DNA of 64,000 nucleotides from a virus, in IMG/VR virus record IMGVR_UViG_3300045988_101454, positions 1 through 64,000 of that record; one strand, 5' to 3'. Below, piece after piece: positions 26,930 to 36,509 of the stretch. Each line of letters opens with the position of its first letter. Position 1 is the stretch's first letter. The notes below the pieces were generated by a model that saw only the letters and a program-made list of their open reading frames with translations, had not been told where the DNA came from and searched no databases. The position numbers and the translations under genes were made by a program.

Positions 26930-27259
26930 TTACATTCCAAACTGTTTTTTCAAGAAACTATTTTTTTTGATAAGCCCTTCCATCTCCTGCTCCGAATGAT
27001 AGCCTTCCCAAAACAAATTGGTATGCGAACCTAAGCGATGGTCGTCAAGCGACGTTGGAATAGAATAGGCCGTATATATCAAATCGTAATGACGGACATA
27101 ACGAGTGCGCTTTTCTGGCTCGCTATACAGTTTATTTATCCAACCGTCGTTGTCACACTCACACCACTTGTTGTATTCGTCGTCTTTCAGATTTGCGTCA
27201 ATACCTATTGCTGTATGACCGCTACAGCCATTCGTTCCAAAATAAACAATCTTTGCCAT
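26930..27259 (-). CDS. hypothetical protein
   Basis: The tracked ORF 26930..27364 overlaps the methylase gene. The internal start MAKIVYFGTNGCSGH at 27259 removes the overlap. Confidence 0.5.
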   Translation of the reverse strand: MAKIVYFGTNGCSGHTAIGIDANLKDDEYNKWCECDNDGWINKLYSEPEKRTRYVRHYDLIYTAYSIPTSLDDHRLGSHTNLFWEGYHSEQEMEGLIKKNSFLKKQFGM

Positions 27260-27287
27260 AAGAATCACTTTATATAGTTTTTCTGAA

Positions 27288-28058
27288 TCAGAACATCTTA
27301 AGCTGCGCTTGCTCCAACTTGATGCGCTTACAAGCCTTGTCGTAATACTCCTTGTTGAGTTCAAATCCGATGAAGTTGCGCTTCTCTTTTATACAAGCAA
27401 TGGCGGTGGTGCCGCTGCCCATACAGTTGTCTAAGATGGTGTCGCCCTCGTTGGAATAGGTGCGAATGAGGTACTGAATAAGAGCTACGGGCTTTTGAGT
27501 AGGGTGCATATCAAGATTCTTTTCTTTGTCGAAGAACAGTACAGATATGGGATATTTCTCTGTTGTTACTTCTTTTGAGTTGGGCTCAATATTATAATTG
27601 CCATAACAGACATTACCCTTTGCTTTTCCGTATTTATGCCCTCGTGAGTGAGAGGGGAAACCTTGTCTCATCTGCGGATTGTATGTAGGTAGCGCACGAT
27701 AGAACACAGCAATATCCTCATGGCTCCGCATAGGCATGCGCTTCGCATTGAGAAATCCTGTTGGTCGGTTTTTTTGCCAAATTAGATTATATCGCCATGT
27801 GTCAGGTTCTGCCATCATTAGCTGTGCCGTAAACATTCCTTGACCGAAGAGAATAATAGGAGCGTTAGTTTTTGCTATTCGCCAGTATTCCTTGAATAGA
27901 GGCTCCATCGGGATAATGTTATCCCATCGTGCCTTTTCATTGCCTTTGTTCAGAACTTCATACGGCAAATCGCACACAATGCAATCCACGCTCCCGTTTG
28001 GAATCCTTTTCATTCCTTCGAGGCAGTCTTCATTATATATCTTATTCAGTTCAATCAT
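27288..28058 (-). CDS. DNA methyltransferase, N6-adenine/N4-cytosine (beta-class, DPPY-type)
   Basis: DCIVCDLPYEV is a DPPY-like catalytic motif at the N-terminus. DNCMGSGTTAIACIKEKRNFIGFELNKEYY is the SAM-binding FxGxG-type motif at the C-terminus. Confidence 0.85.
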   Translation of the reverse strand: MIELNKIYNEDCLEGMKRIPNGSVDCIVCDLPYEVLNKGNEKARWDNIIPMEPLFKEYWRIAKTNAPIILFGQGMFTAQLMMAEPDTWRYNLIWQKNRPTGFLNAKRMPMRSHEDIAVFYRALPTYNPQMRQGFPSHSRGHKYGKAKGNVCYGNYNIEPNSKEVTTEKYPISVLFFDKEKNLDMHPTQKPVALIQYLIRTYSNEGDTILDNCMGSGTTAIACIKEKRNFIGFELNKEYYDKACKRIKLEQAQLKMF

Positions 28059-28080
28059 TCTCTATATCATTTGTTCGTTA

Positions 28081-29841
28081 CTATTCCTGCATTGTCACCC
28101 CCGTTTTCGAGTTATCCAGCGTGGTGAGCACTTCGCGGTCAATCTGCCACACCAGGTGCGAGTCCCACTTATTGAACTTGCTTATCACCTCCAATGGTCG
28201 GAGCATGAGCTGCTGCAATGGGGCGAACTGTATCTGCTTTACGAGGAAACGCTCGCGGAGGTCGGTGCCACCCGATGATGTAGCGTCGCCTGGGGTGTTG
28301 CCAATGAGCTTTGAGTCGAGACCCATGGCGAAGAAGATAATGGAAGAAATTTCCTGGAGCTCGGTCTTCTCGGCTTGCGCTTGCGAGTTGGCCTTGCTCT
28401 CAATCTCCACAATCTCCCAAGCCTTGTGCTCCTTGCCGTCCAATCCGGTGAACACGGCAGAGATAAGAGCCTGACCTGCATTGTCGGGATTGGAGAGCCA
28501 ACGGTTGATGTCGGTGAACACCTCCTGCTGAATCTGCGCCATCGTCTTGCTCTTGTTCTCGCCCTGCTGGGTGTAGAGCTGCTTGAGATATTCCTGATGA
28601 ATGTAGATTACGCGACCGATGATGTTGCTGTTGCGCTTGCGAGTGAGACGGTCGTCAACGATGGTGAAGGCATACTCGAAGATGCTTCCGGCAAAGATGC
28701 TGTGCCAAAGAGCGTCGGCATAGTAAGGCCCGCCGAAGTCGCGTGGCGACATAATGAAGCGTGTGGGTCGGTTCTTGCGGCTCACTCGCTGCTGACGAGC
28801 CTCACGCACATGGCGGTTGAGGTCGGAGACGGCTGTGTCGGCAGCGAGATAAGGCACGGCAGCAATGCGACGGTCGGTTTCGGTGAGCGTCTGAGTGGAG
28901 TCAAGCCACTGGTTAGAGAGGTAGGCATAGTTGATGCGATATTGACTATCCATACGCTCCAGTCGGGTGGTGAACACCGAGCGTGGCTTGATGCCGACAA
29001 TCTTCGGGGTCCACTGCGACGTGGGCACGGGGCGACCTTCAGAGTCCAACTGGCGTTGGTTGAGCTGCAACTCGCAGAAGCATTGCGACATGAGCGACAT
29101 ATCGCCTGCCATCTCAAGGTAGGTCTTGTGGAGGTCGTTGTTCTCGATGAATGCTTGCAACTCCTCATTGGTGCGCTTCCATTCTTTCAATGCTGCCTTG
29201 AGCAACTTCATATCTTCGCTGTCCTCACTCTCAGAATTGTTCGCCGATTGCGAGAATTGATTATTCGACTCTGACGATTGATTTACCGAACGTGACGTTT
29301 GGTTTTCCGATTCTGATATTTGCTTTTCCTTAGCTTTGAGGTCGGCTATCTGTCCGCGGAGCAGGGTGCCAGCCGAGGAGTAGAGGATAGAATTCTCGGT
29401 GATATTGCCACCGACATACTGCGTATAGTGATACTTGGGCGAAGGACCACGGCCTACGAGAATTTTCTTCACGAAATCCACTCCCGCTGCCGGAAAGGGC
29501 GACATCTTGGAGAGCAGATATACAAGGTTGGGCAGATTGTTGCCCACGCCCCATTCCATAAAGCCCAATCCCTTAGTGCCTACACCTTCGGGTTTGGCTT
29601 TGTTCTCGCCGCCCGACGAACCGAACACGGCGGAAATCTTCTGTCGTGCCGCATTGCCTTCCGCTCCGGTCATGGTAGCCGAAGCCGTGAGCTTCTGGTG
29701 AACGTACTCGCCCCACGAAAACACGTTGCTGCCTCCCTGCTTGGACGCACAGAACGCACCAGGCAGAACGGCCTCGTAGCCTTGCGACTGGAGCTCCTCA
29801 CTACGTTGTTGGAGCTCACTTAAGTTGCTAACTGTTGTCAT
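28081..29841 (-). CDS. portal protein candidate
   Basis: 586-aa first gene of the late operon, with its own TATATTTG promoter. The general portal-like size and composition is a by-eye call only. Confidence 0.5.
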   Translation of the reverse strand: MTTVSNLSELQQRSEELQSQGYEAVLPGAFCASKQGGSNVFSWGEYVHQKLTASATMTGAEGNAARQKISAVFGSSGGENKAKPEGVGTKGLGFMEWGVGNNLPNLVYLLSKMSPFPAAGVDFVKKILVGRGPSPKYHYTQYVGGNITENSILYSSAGTLLRGQIADLKAKEKQISESENQTSRSVNQSSESNNQFSQSANNSESEDSEDMKLLKAALKEWKRTNEELQAFIENNDLHKTYLEMAGDMSLMSQCFCELQLNQRQLDSEGRPVPTSQWTPKIVGIKPRSVFTTRLERMDSQYRINYAYLSNQWLDSTQTLTETDRRIAAVPYLAADTAVSDLNRHVREARQQRVSRKNRPTRFIMSPRDFGGPYYADALWHSIFAGSIFEYAFTIVDDRLTRKRNSNIIGRVIYIHQEYLKQLYTQQGENKSKTMAQIQQEVFTDINRWLSNPDNAGQALISAVFTGLDGKEHKAWEIVEIESKANSQAQAEKTELQEISSIIFFAMGLDSKLIGNTPGDATSSGGTDLRERFLVKQIQFAPLQQLMLRPLEVISKFNKWDSHLVWQIDREVLTTLDNSKTGVTMQE

Positions 29842-29878
29842 TGTGTTAAATATGTGTTTTGTTGAATGTTTTATAATG

Positions 29879-29886
29879 CAAATATA
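29879..29886 (-). promoter_or_regulatory. -7 promoter box (TATATTTG) of the late operon
   Basis: Matches TAnnTTTG and lies 37 nt upstream of the ATG at 29841, just downstream of a terminator. Confidence 0.5.
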
Positions 29887-29934
29887 GGGAAAGACGGGGA
29901 GAAGGGGCGGACATGGTTAGGGAAGGGGATAAAC

Positions 29935-29967
29935 AAAAAGCCCTGCTATCCTCACGGACAACAGGGC
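29935..29967 (-). terminator. rho-independent terminator after 30030..30422
   Basis: GCCCTG/CAGGGC stem, followed on the minus strand by TTTTTG. Confidence 0.6.
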
Positions 29968-30029
29968 CATACCTAAGTCAAATTTGCGAATGAAGCATCC
30001 AGTCAAAATATATTGTTAGTTGCGTCCGC

Positions 30030-30422
30030 TTACATGTCGAAGTCTGCCATCTTATTTGCAGCCTGTATCTTGTAGCTCTCCACGTCGTCAATCACCATAT
30101 CCTCGCCGTTGAATAGCTTAATTATCAGTCGGCAGTTCTCAGCATCGGGATGCACCGAACAGATGTTGTTGTTTGAGATCCAGATAGGATAGCCCTGCGT
30201 CGTCTTATAGACCACGAGATACCACGGACCAGTCTTGTATTCCTCTATCATCCTAAACAGTTTGGACGTGGAATGTACGCAAATCTTGTCAATGGCCTTC
30301 TCAACGGTCTTGTAAGTAGAAACCTCCTTACGCTTTGCGCCGAAGCTGTCAATCCATGCCGCAAAGATGGTAAACAGTAGGATAAGCAGGATAATGATTA
30401 ACGCTGAAATAATTGATACCAT
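30030..30422 (-). CDS. membrane-anchored protein (N-terminal TM)
   Basis: 130-aa ORF beginning MVSIISALIIILLILLFTIFAAWI. Confidence 0.6.
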   Translation of the reverse strand: MVSIISALIIILLILLFTIFAAWIDSFGAKRKEVSTYKTVEKAIDKICVHSTSKLFRMIEEYKTGPWYLVVYKTTQGYPIWISNNNICSVHPDAENCRLIIKLFNGEDMVIDDVESYKIQAANKMADFDM

Positions 30423-30452
30423 AATTGTTGTTTTGTTTAATTGTTGTTTATA

Positions 30453-31091
30453 TTATTTGTTCTTATCTCGTTTCTTGATGTCTCCATCCAAGTCAAAGCT
30501 TTCGTTGCCAAGAGGTGTTTCTTCTCGATTGAAAGTAAATTCATAGCCGAGCTTTGTCATGCAATGGTAAAACTGCTCGAAATCGTCACCATCAACGAAC
30601 GGGATCAGATTGTAGTCGTTTTGCAGGGTTACGCCTACATGTCCCGATAGTTTGTTGAAGAAACCGGTAGAAGGCAAGCAGCCACCATCGGGATAGTCGG
30701 CATCTGCAACGTACATTTCGCATTTGCCGTTCTTGTCAATCAGCATAAACGCATAACATTCAAGAATGTCTCCGTCCAGACTCCGAGCACAACAGATAGT
30801 CTTCTCTTTCTGTCGCTCTGAGTCGTCGGGATAAGTCAGTTCATAGAAATGTTTCGGGTCAATCTTTCGTGACTCATAAACCTGAGAAGGTTTCTTTTCC
30901 ACATTATTGCCGGGCGAACCAGACTTGTGGTTTGCGCATGGATGTTTTTTCAACTCCTCGAACTTGTCGTTCCGTTGGGCCACTTGATAGCTCAAGTCGT
31001 CCAGTCTATGGCCATGTCCCGTGACAACCGCTTTTACTTCGGCAATCTCTGACATCAGAGTGCCCAAAATTGACATTACATTTGAATCCAT
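30453..31091 (-). CDS. hypothetical protein, paralog of the 31105..31746 C-terminal domain
   Basis: TICCARSLDGDILECYAFMLIDKNGKCEMYVAD aligns with CILCAKRYDAEEGQLYCYAYLWISGNGHYNLHVID, and FVDGDDFEQFYHCMTKLGYEF aligns with YIEDRDYNTFVQSLQAAGFDW. Confidence 0.6.
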   Translation of the reverse strand: MDSNVMSILGTLMSEIAEVKAVVTGHGHRLDDLSYQVAQRNDKFEELKKHPCANHKSGSPGNNVEKKPSQVYESRKIDPKHFYELTYPDDSERQKEKTICCARSLDGDILECYAFMLIDKNGKCEMYVADADYPDGGCLPSTGFFNKLSGHVGVTLQNDYNLIPFVDGDDFEQFYHCMTKLGYEFTFNREETPLGNESFDLDGDIKKRDKNK

Positions 31092-31104
31092 ATTTCTTTG
31101 CTTG

Positions 31105-31746
31105 TTATTTTGTTCTTGTTTCTTTTAAGAGATATGTGTAAGAGCCAAGTATGTTATCTTCGCCCTTCTCAATCTTCCAGTCGAACCCAGCCGCTTGCAA
31201 ACTCTGCACGAAAGTGTTATAGTCTCTATCTTCGATATACGGAGAAATGTTTTCTTCTTCAAAGACAACGCAGCGAGGGTTGATGTCAAAGTCAATGCGC
31301 AATGACTTGCCACCAAGAAATTTGCATGACTGGGACGTGTCGCGAGGGTCGATGACGTGTAGATTATAATGCCCATTTCCGCTTATCCAAAGGTAGGCAT
31401 AGCAATATAGCTGTCCTTCTTCGGCATCGTATCGCTTGGCGCATAAAATGCAAGTCTCGGAGTTGCGGAGCGAGGATATTGCATAAAAACGTCCGTCCTC
31501 GATATGGTTGAGCATATATTCGCGACGCTCTTTCGGAGAGAGAAGCACAGGCGGCTCCGGCAGCCATATACGTTTTTCCTGCTGTTGGCATTCCTCCTTT
31601 TGCTTTGCCTTCTTCTCTCTCCAGTTAAGATATAATTCGCGCAACAGTAAAATGAGATAGTAGACCAAAACGACTATCCCTATCACGCCCATCATGCACT
31701 GGAAGAATAAAGACACGCTGTAGTATTTCAATAAAAATGTTTCCAT
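31105..31746 (-). CDS. membrane-anchored paralog of 30453..31091
   Basis: 213-aa ORF with a TM segment (MMGVIGIVVLVYYLILLL) plus the shared C-terminal domain. Confidence 0.6.
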   Translation of the reverse strand: METFLLKYYSVSLFFQCMMGVIGIVVLVYYLILLLRELYLNWREKKAKQKEECQQQEKRIWLPEPPVLLSPKERREYMLNHIEDGRFYAISSLRNSETCILCAKRYDAEEGQLYCYAYLWISGNGHYNLHVIDPRDTSQSCKFLGGKSLRIDFDINPRCVVFEEENISPYIEDRDYNTFVQSLQAAGFDWKIEKGEDNILGSYTYLLKETRTK

Positions 31747-31766
31747 TGTTCTCTATTTTGTTATTA

Positions 31767-32864
31767 CTAATTTCTAAAACCATTCCTCACTACCCACACG
31801 CTCAGTCCTATGTTGAGTAAGAGCATGATGATAATGATGGCCCAATACTCCTTATTGCTCAGTTCTACCGAAAGATACTTGAAGTCGGAAAACTCCTTGC
31901 GTTTCCACTCCTTCTGCACAATCGGTTCGATGTACGAGGCGAAGGCGCAGAGGTCAAGCCGGTGCGACATAAACCAGTCGCGGCTCTTCACGGCAAGCAC
32001 AGGCGAGTCACACCAAGAGAAGGCATCGCTCCACATTACGCGGTTACGGCTGTCAAGACCTACGCACACCACAAGCTCGTTCTTGTTGCCTCCCTGCCAA
32101 TAGGAGCGTTGTTGGTCGGCAATGGATAGCGGCTTGTTGCGATAGAATAGCAGATAGATGCGAAACTCCTTCTTCGGTCCGTACTGGGCATTGAACACAC
32201 GGATGGCTCGTTCCTGACATGCAGAAAACTTTGCTCCGATGATAGGGCATTGGTCACGCAGACGTATGTCGGGATAGTCGTATAGCCCGATGCGGCGAGC
32301 CTCCTTCTTGCTGATGTCCTCAAACTTGAACACCGAGCGCGAAGCCTTCACCTTGTTCTCGTATTCATGTTCACGAGTAACGGTATAGAGCGTAGTGGGT
32401 TGACCGTTCCATCGGTATTCATACGCATCGCCATCACGAGTGTAATAGTGGCGGTGCATATCCACGAACACCGAAGCCACCGACAAGCGACGCTTCATAG
32501 CCGAAAACTCCTCATTGGAACACTCTCGTTCACGTCCCGAATGGTCGTAATAGGTCCAATATTCGGGATGGTTCTCCGTGACATAGTAGGTTCGAGTGTG
32601 CCGATGCCCTTTCGAGTCGGTATAGGAGCGAGTCTTCCTCACAAGCTCATTCCACGGCTCGTAATAGCGTATCTTCGTGACATAGCTGCCTAAGTATTCC
32701 GTGTCGCTTGACTCTACGCGCTCAAACGCCCATATCATCGCTGCGCCCACAAGGAGCGAGGGGATGATAAGCACGGCGTGCTCCCACCATGTGGTCTGCT
32801 TGCGGAAGAACAGTAGCAACACAGCCGACACAAAGAAGGGGATAAGGAAAACGAGTAGTTCCAT
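31767..32864 (-). CDS. membrane protein (two N-terminal TM, one C-terminal TM)
   Basis: 365-aa ORF directly downstream of the LemA-like gene. Confidence 0.6.
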   Translation of the reverse strand: MELLVFLIPFFVSAVLLLFFRKQTTWWEHAVLIIPSLLVGAAMIWAFERVESSDTEYLGSYVTKIRYYEPWNELVRKTRSYTDSKGHRHTRTYYVTENHPEYWTYYDHSGRERECSNEEFSAMKRRLSVASVFVDMHRHYYTRDGDAYEYRWNGQPTTLYTVTREHEYENKVKASRSVFKFEDISKKEARRIGLYDYPDIRLRDQCPIIGAKFSACQERAIRVFNAQYGPKKEFRIYLLFYRNKPLSIADQQRSYWQGGNKNELVVCVGLDSRNRVMWSDAFSWCDSPVLAVKSRDWFMSHRLDLCAFASYIEPIVQKEWKRKEFSDFKYLSVELSNKEYWAIIIIMLLLNIGLSVWVVRNGFRN

Positions 32865-32870
32865 ACGCCT

Positions 32871-33422
32871 TTATTGTTTCTTGCCGAACAGATCCACGTC
32901 GTTGTCTTCGCCTATATCCATCACCTCCTTGGAGCGCGACGACGAAATAACCTTATACTCGATAGGCATGGTGTTCGAGACAAACCATCGGGCAGGGTAG
33001 GTGCGAGTAAGCGTTTCGTGTTCGCGGATGATGTCAAGCATACGTTCCTGCGAGGTCTGAAACTCGGTGCGCTGTATCTCGATGGCTTGCATGAGGTCGC
33101 GGTAGAGCGACACATCAAAGTTGGGGTTGCTCTCCTTGATCCATTTCATCATCGTACCCTGGTCGTTCTGATAGCGTCCGGCAATAAGCTGCGGATAAAT
33201 CTTCTCGAAGGTCTGCTTATACTCGTCAGTAACCTGCGCCTTCTGCTGAATGATTTTCCACATCTTGTCGTGAACGCCCTCAATCTTTCCACGCTGCGCT
33301 TCGGCTTGCTGGCGAAGCGCAATCTCACGGTTGTTGTAACTGAAGTAGGTGGCTACCAATGAGCCGATAACGATGGCTACCACAAGCAGTATGGATGCCA
33401 TAACGATGTTTTTTGTTTTCAT
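32871..33422 (-). CDS. lemA: LemA family membrane protein
   Basis: 183 aa with an N-terminal TM followed by a helical region. Architecture and length fit LemA. This is recognised by eye and was not searched. Confidence 0.6.
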   Translation of the reverse strand: MKTKNIVMASILLVVAIVIGSLVATYFSYNNREIALRQQAEAQRGKIEGVHDKMWKIIQQKAQVTDEYKQTFEKIYPQLIAGRYQNDQGTMMKWIKESNPNFDVSLYRDLMQAIEIQRTEFQTSQERMLDIIREHETLTRTYPARWFVSNTMPIEYKVISSSRSKEVMDIGEDNDVDLFGKKQ

Positions 33423-33454
33423 TGTTTTGTTGTTTTATAAATTTGTTATTTGTT

Positions 33455-34630
33455 TTACTTAGCCTTAAAATTATATATCGGCTTGATGCGCTTCACGATG
33501 TTCACAGTGTCGCCTATCAGTTCTTCAATCTCCTCTGCCGACTTGTACGCCATTGGTGCTTCGTCGATGGTGGACTCGCATACCGATGTGGAGTAGATGT
33601 CGTGCATCTGTTGGCGGTATTCTTCCATGCTGAGCTGCTTCTTTGCTGCCGAGCGCGACATCAGTCTGCCTGCACCGTGCGGAGCCGACTGAAGCCAGTC
33701 GTCGTTGCCCTTGCCAGTACACAGCAGCGAACCGTCGCGCATGTTCAGAGGGATAATCAGAGGCTCGCCCTTCTTTGCGCTCACAGCTCCCTTGCGGATA
33801 ATGCCGAAGGTGTCGATGTAGTTGTGCATGGTGGTGAACACACGACCTGTAGACTTTAGTTCAAGACCTTTGATTATGGTTTGCGCCATAAGAAAACGGT
33901 TCAAGTCGGCATAATGCTGACACAAGCGCATGGCATCATAGTAATCGCCAAGCGTGGGACCGCTAATGTAGGCCATGTCTTTAGAAACGGGTTTCAACCG
34001 GCGCAGCGCATCGTTTATCTCGCTCTGTCTGCCCTGAGCTTTCAGTTCGGAAATGATACGTCCACGTTCCTCACTGTTGTTGCATTGTCTTGATGCCAAC
34101 TGCTGAAAATGTCGGCATATCTTTACGCCTAAATTGCGGCTACCCGAATGTACTACAAGATACTTGCGTCCTTCGTCGTCCACGTCCACCTCAATAAAGT
34201 GGTTGCCACCGCCAAGGGTGCCGAGCGAACGCAGTACATAGTCGAGGTCAAAATATTGCTTCCACGGAGGCAAAAAACACCATATTTCATTGTGCATAAG
34301 GGAAACCATCTCTGACGACAAACGCTTCTCATGCACATTGAATCCGCTTGGAATGTTGTCGTTGATGATACGGTCGAGAATCTCCATATCAATGTTGGCA
34401 AAGCCTAAATCCCACACGAGCATACCACAGCCGATGTCTACGCCCATGGTGTTGGGCACCACTTTGCCGCGGGTCTCAATCACGGTGCCTACGGTGCATC
34501 CCTTTCCGGCATGGCAATCGGGCATAATGCGAATCTTACAGTTGCGGTAAGCCTCGCTCTCTGCCATCTGCCTTACTTGCTCCTGGGCTTCAGGTTCAAT
34601 GGTCTTTGCAAAAATCTTTAAGTCACTCAT
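33455..34630 (-). CDS. rtcB: RtcB-family RNA 3'-phosphate ligase
   Basis: Characteristic RtcB metal and GTP ligand motifs are present: MPDCHAGKGCTVG, GVDIGCGM, GGGNHFIEV, VHSGSRNLG and APHGAGR. Confidence 0.9.
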   Translation of the reverse strand: MSDLKIFAKTIEPEAQEQVRQMAESEAYRNCKIRIMPDCHAGKGCTVGTVIETRGKVVPNTMGVDIGCGMLVWDLGFANIDMEILDRIINDNIPSGFNVHEKRLSSEMVSLMHNEIWCFLPPWKQYFDLDYVLRSLGTLGGGNHFIEVDVDDEGRKYLVVHSGSRNLGVKICRHFQQLASRQCNNSEERGRIISELKAQGRQSEINDALRRLKPVSKDMAYISGPTLGDYYDAMRLCQHYADLNRFLMAQTIIKGLELKSTGRVFTTMHNYIDTFGIIRKGAVSAKKGEPLIIPLNMRDGSLLCTGKGNDDWLQSAPHGAGRLMSRSAAKKQLSMEEYRQQMHDIYSTSVCESTIDEAPMAYKSAEEIEELIGDTVNIVKRIKPIYNFKAK

Positions 34631-34823
34631 TGTTCGTTGTTACTCTATAAATCCGTTAATAAAAAGAAATGTGCAGTGGTTGAGTTTTCCTTCTCCTCGC
34701 TCGTCTGCACCAAAGCCCGTTAATTACGTTTTACGGAGTGGTGACATGCGACACACTGAGTACGGTCCCTTGGCCTTCGGGATGAGTCTCTTTTATTGAA
34801 ACGCCTTTCTGCGGTTGCGTACC

Positions 34824-35195
34824 TTACAGCCGTTTGAGCAGCGTGCTGCATTTATGGCCTGATGCCTTTTCTTCGTAACCCAACCTTTCGTACCAATGCA
34901 ACACCCATGGAGGAGAATCGCGTCCGTCCCACGAGATTGCGACGGTCTCTACGCCGCAATACTTCAGCTCTTTTTCTACTGCCTCCATCAGTTTTTTTGC
35001 CACCTCACGGCCGCGGTGAGCTTCGTCAACCCACAGCGAGTAGATGAGAGCATCCGCTGCGCCATCCAAAGGTTTGTCTTCGGAATGATTAGGAATGAAC
35101 GCTTGTATGCTGCCATGATGCTGCTCGTCGGTGACGAGTATGCGAATAGAGTCTTCCCAATGTTGATGTTGTATCATAGTTGAAATGTTACGCAA
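34824..35195 (-). CDS. GNAT family N-acetyltransferase
   Basis: LWVDEAHRGREVAKKLMEAVEKELKYCGVETV...WYERLGYEE matches the acetyl-CoA-binding motif A (R/Q-x-x-G-x-A/G) and the following beta strands. Confidence 0.8.
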   Translation of the reverse strand: MRNISTMIQHQHWEDSIRILVTDEQHHGSIQAFIPNHSEDKPLDGAADALIYSLWVDEAHRGREVAKKLMEAVEKELKYCGVETVAISWDGRDSPPWVLHWYERLGYEEKASGHKCSTLLKRL

Positions 35196-35230
35196 TTTTG
35201 TTTAGTCAGTCGACTGTCTGTATGCTTGTG

Positions 35231-35238
35231 CAAAGGTA
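35231..35238 (-). promoter_or_regulatory. -7 promoter box (TACCTTTG)
   Basis: 35 nt upstream of the GNAT ATG at 35195. Confidence 0.45.
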
Positions 35239-35249
35239 GATTATCCCTT

Positions 35250-35618
35250 TTACTCGATACGGACATTCTCCTCGAAGTCGTATCTCACGTCTCGGCTTTG
35301 CGAAAAAGCCACAGGCGTTTGGGAGAAGATGTCTGCCTCACAGTCGGCAACGGCTCGCACGAACGCCTCGTACATCTTCTGTTCGTCATATTCTTCCAGA
35401 AAGCCCTGGCTTGTCTGCTGCCATAGCAGATCAGGGCGTTTGCCGTCCTTCTTGTTTCCTTTAACAATCAGCATGACACTTACGGAGTTTTCACCCTCGC
35501 GCACATCCGCACGAAGTATGCCGTAGCCAAGCGGTTTGCCAAAAGTGTAGCAACCACGATGATTCCCAAGAAAGCGGTAGCCGTAGTTTCGCAATGCCTT
35601 TATCACAAATTTTCTCAT
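35250..35618 (-). CDS. hypothetical protein
   Basis: The tracked ORF starts at a TTG (35624). The first ATG is at 35618 (MRKFVIKAL). Confidence 0.55.
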   Translation of the reverse strand: MRKFVIKALRNYGYRFLGNHRGCYTFGKPLGYGILRADVREGENSVSVMLIVKGNKKDGKRPDLLWQQTSQGFLEEYDEQKMYEAFVRAVADCEADIFSQTPVAFSQSRDVRYDFEENVRIE

Positions 35619-35630
35619 ATTCAATTTTTT

Positions 35631-35800
35631 TTATAGTTCTACTAATACTTTTATCTCTGTATGCCCCCCTCCTGCGTATGCAGCGTGGGCGATATTCCTT
35701 TAGCGGAATACACGCGGCGGTTCTGCTCAAATATACGGTCGTAGGGTGGTGTCTGCATCATGCCGACTACGAGGGTGTGTGCGGTGTCAGTCATCGACAT
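35631..35800 (-). CDS. C5-methyltransferase TRD-like mini-ORF (dispersed copy J), -1 shift at G6
   Basis: MSMTDTAHTLVVGMMQTPPYDRIFEQNRRVYSAKGISPTLHTQEGG is followed by a G6 tract (plus-strand C6 at 35664-35669). The family-typical tail HTEIKVLVEL* is in the -1 frame. The frame as sequenced stops at 35651. The ATG overlaps the end of the upstream ORF. Confidence 0.45.
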
Positions 35801-36485
35801 CGATAAATCGGACCTTTGCTTCTGCAAACTTTTTCTCGCAAATAACACCAAGACCTTCAATGATGCCCAGGCATGATTTACATTCCAGACAGAATGTGGA
35901 GCATACATGAGGACCATCTTGATAGTACGGGCAGTTCGCCCCCTTTGCCATATAGAGTTTCTTGTCCTTCACAAAGGAATGAATTGCCTTTGCAAAACGC
36001 TCCAATTCCTTGTTCATCATTTCCACCGTGTCGCAATGATAGCGCAACTGGTTCATGTCGAAAGAAGTCTGCTTTGGCGTTTTTTCGTCATGCTGCTTCT
36101 CCGTTTCGTTCAACTGGCGTACCACGTCGTTGTAGTCGTCCATGAGCTGATGCACGCGCTGCTCAAGCTCCACGTTCTCTGCCTTCAAATCGGCGATGAT
36201 GTAGGCAAGCACCTCCATTCGGTTGTTCTTAGGTAGGTCTATATACTCGCATACAGCCAGATGTCTTTCCATATACTTGCGTTGCTCGTCAGTAGCGGGG
36301 TCGTAGGCATCGGCTGTTCGTGTGCCTACGCGATAGGGTGGAGGTGGGGTCTGAAAAATTCTTCGCATATCGGTAATTGCCGAATACTTCACCACTCCAT
36401 CTTCGTCTACTCGCGCTACCTTTACCAACATCTTTCGCTCTTTGTCGTAAAGGATGTCGCCAGGGGTGATTTCTTCTGTTTTCAT
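35787..36485 (-). CDS. hypothetical coiled-coil protein with Cys-rich C-terminus
   Basis: 232-aa ORF with the leader AAACAATAGAGACAATG. Confidence 0.6.
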   Translation of the reverse strand: MKTEEITPGDILYDKERKMLVKVARVDEDGVVKYSAITDMRRIFQTPPPPYRVGTRTADAYDPATDEQRKYMERHLAVCEYIDLPKNNRMEVLAYIIADLKAENVELEQRVHQLMDDYNDVVRQLNETEKQHDEKTPKQTSFDMNQLRYHCDTVEMMNKELERFAKAIHSFVKDKKLYMAKGANCPYYQDGPHVCSTFCLECKSCLGIIEGLGVICEKKFAEAKVRFIDVDD

Positions 36486-36509
36486 TGTCTCTATTGTTTT
36501 TATTACATA

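Noticed and set aside
34631-34823. A structured RNA or tRNA-like gene in the 190-bp gap between the GNAT and RtcB genes
   Set aside because: Only short stems are present (for example TCCC/GGGA around a CTTCGG). There is no T-arm or anticodon-arm pattern and no cloverleaf that I could build by eye.
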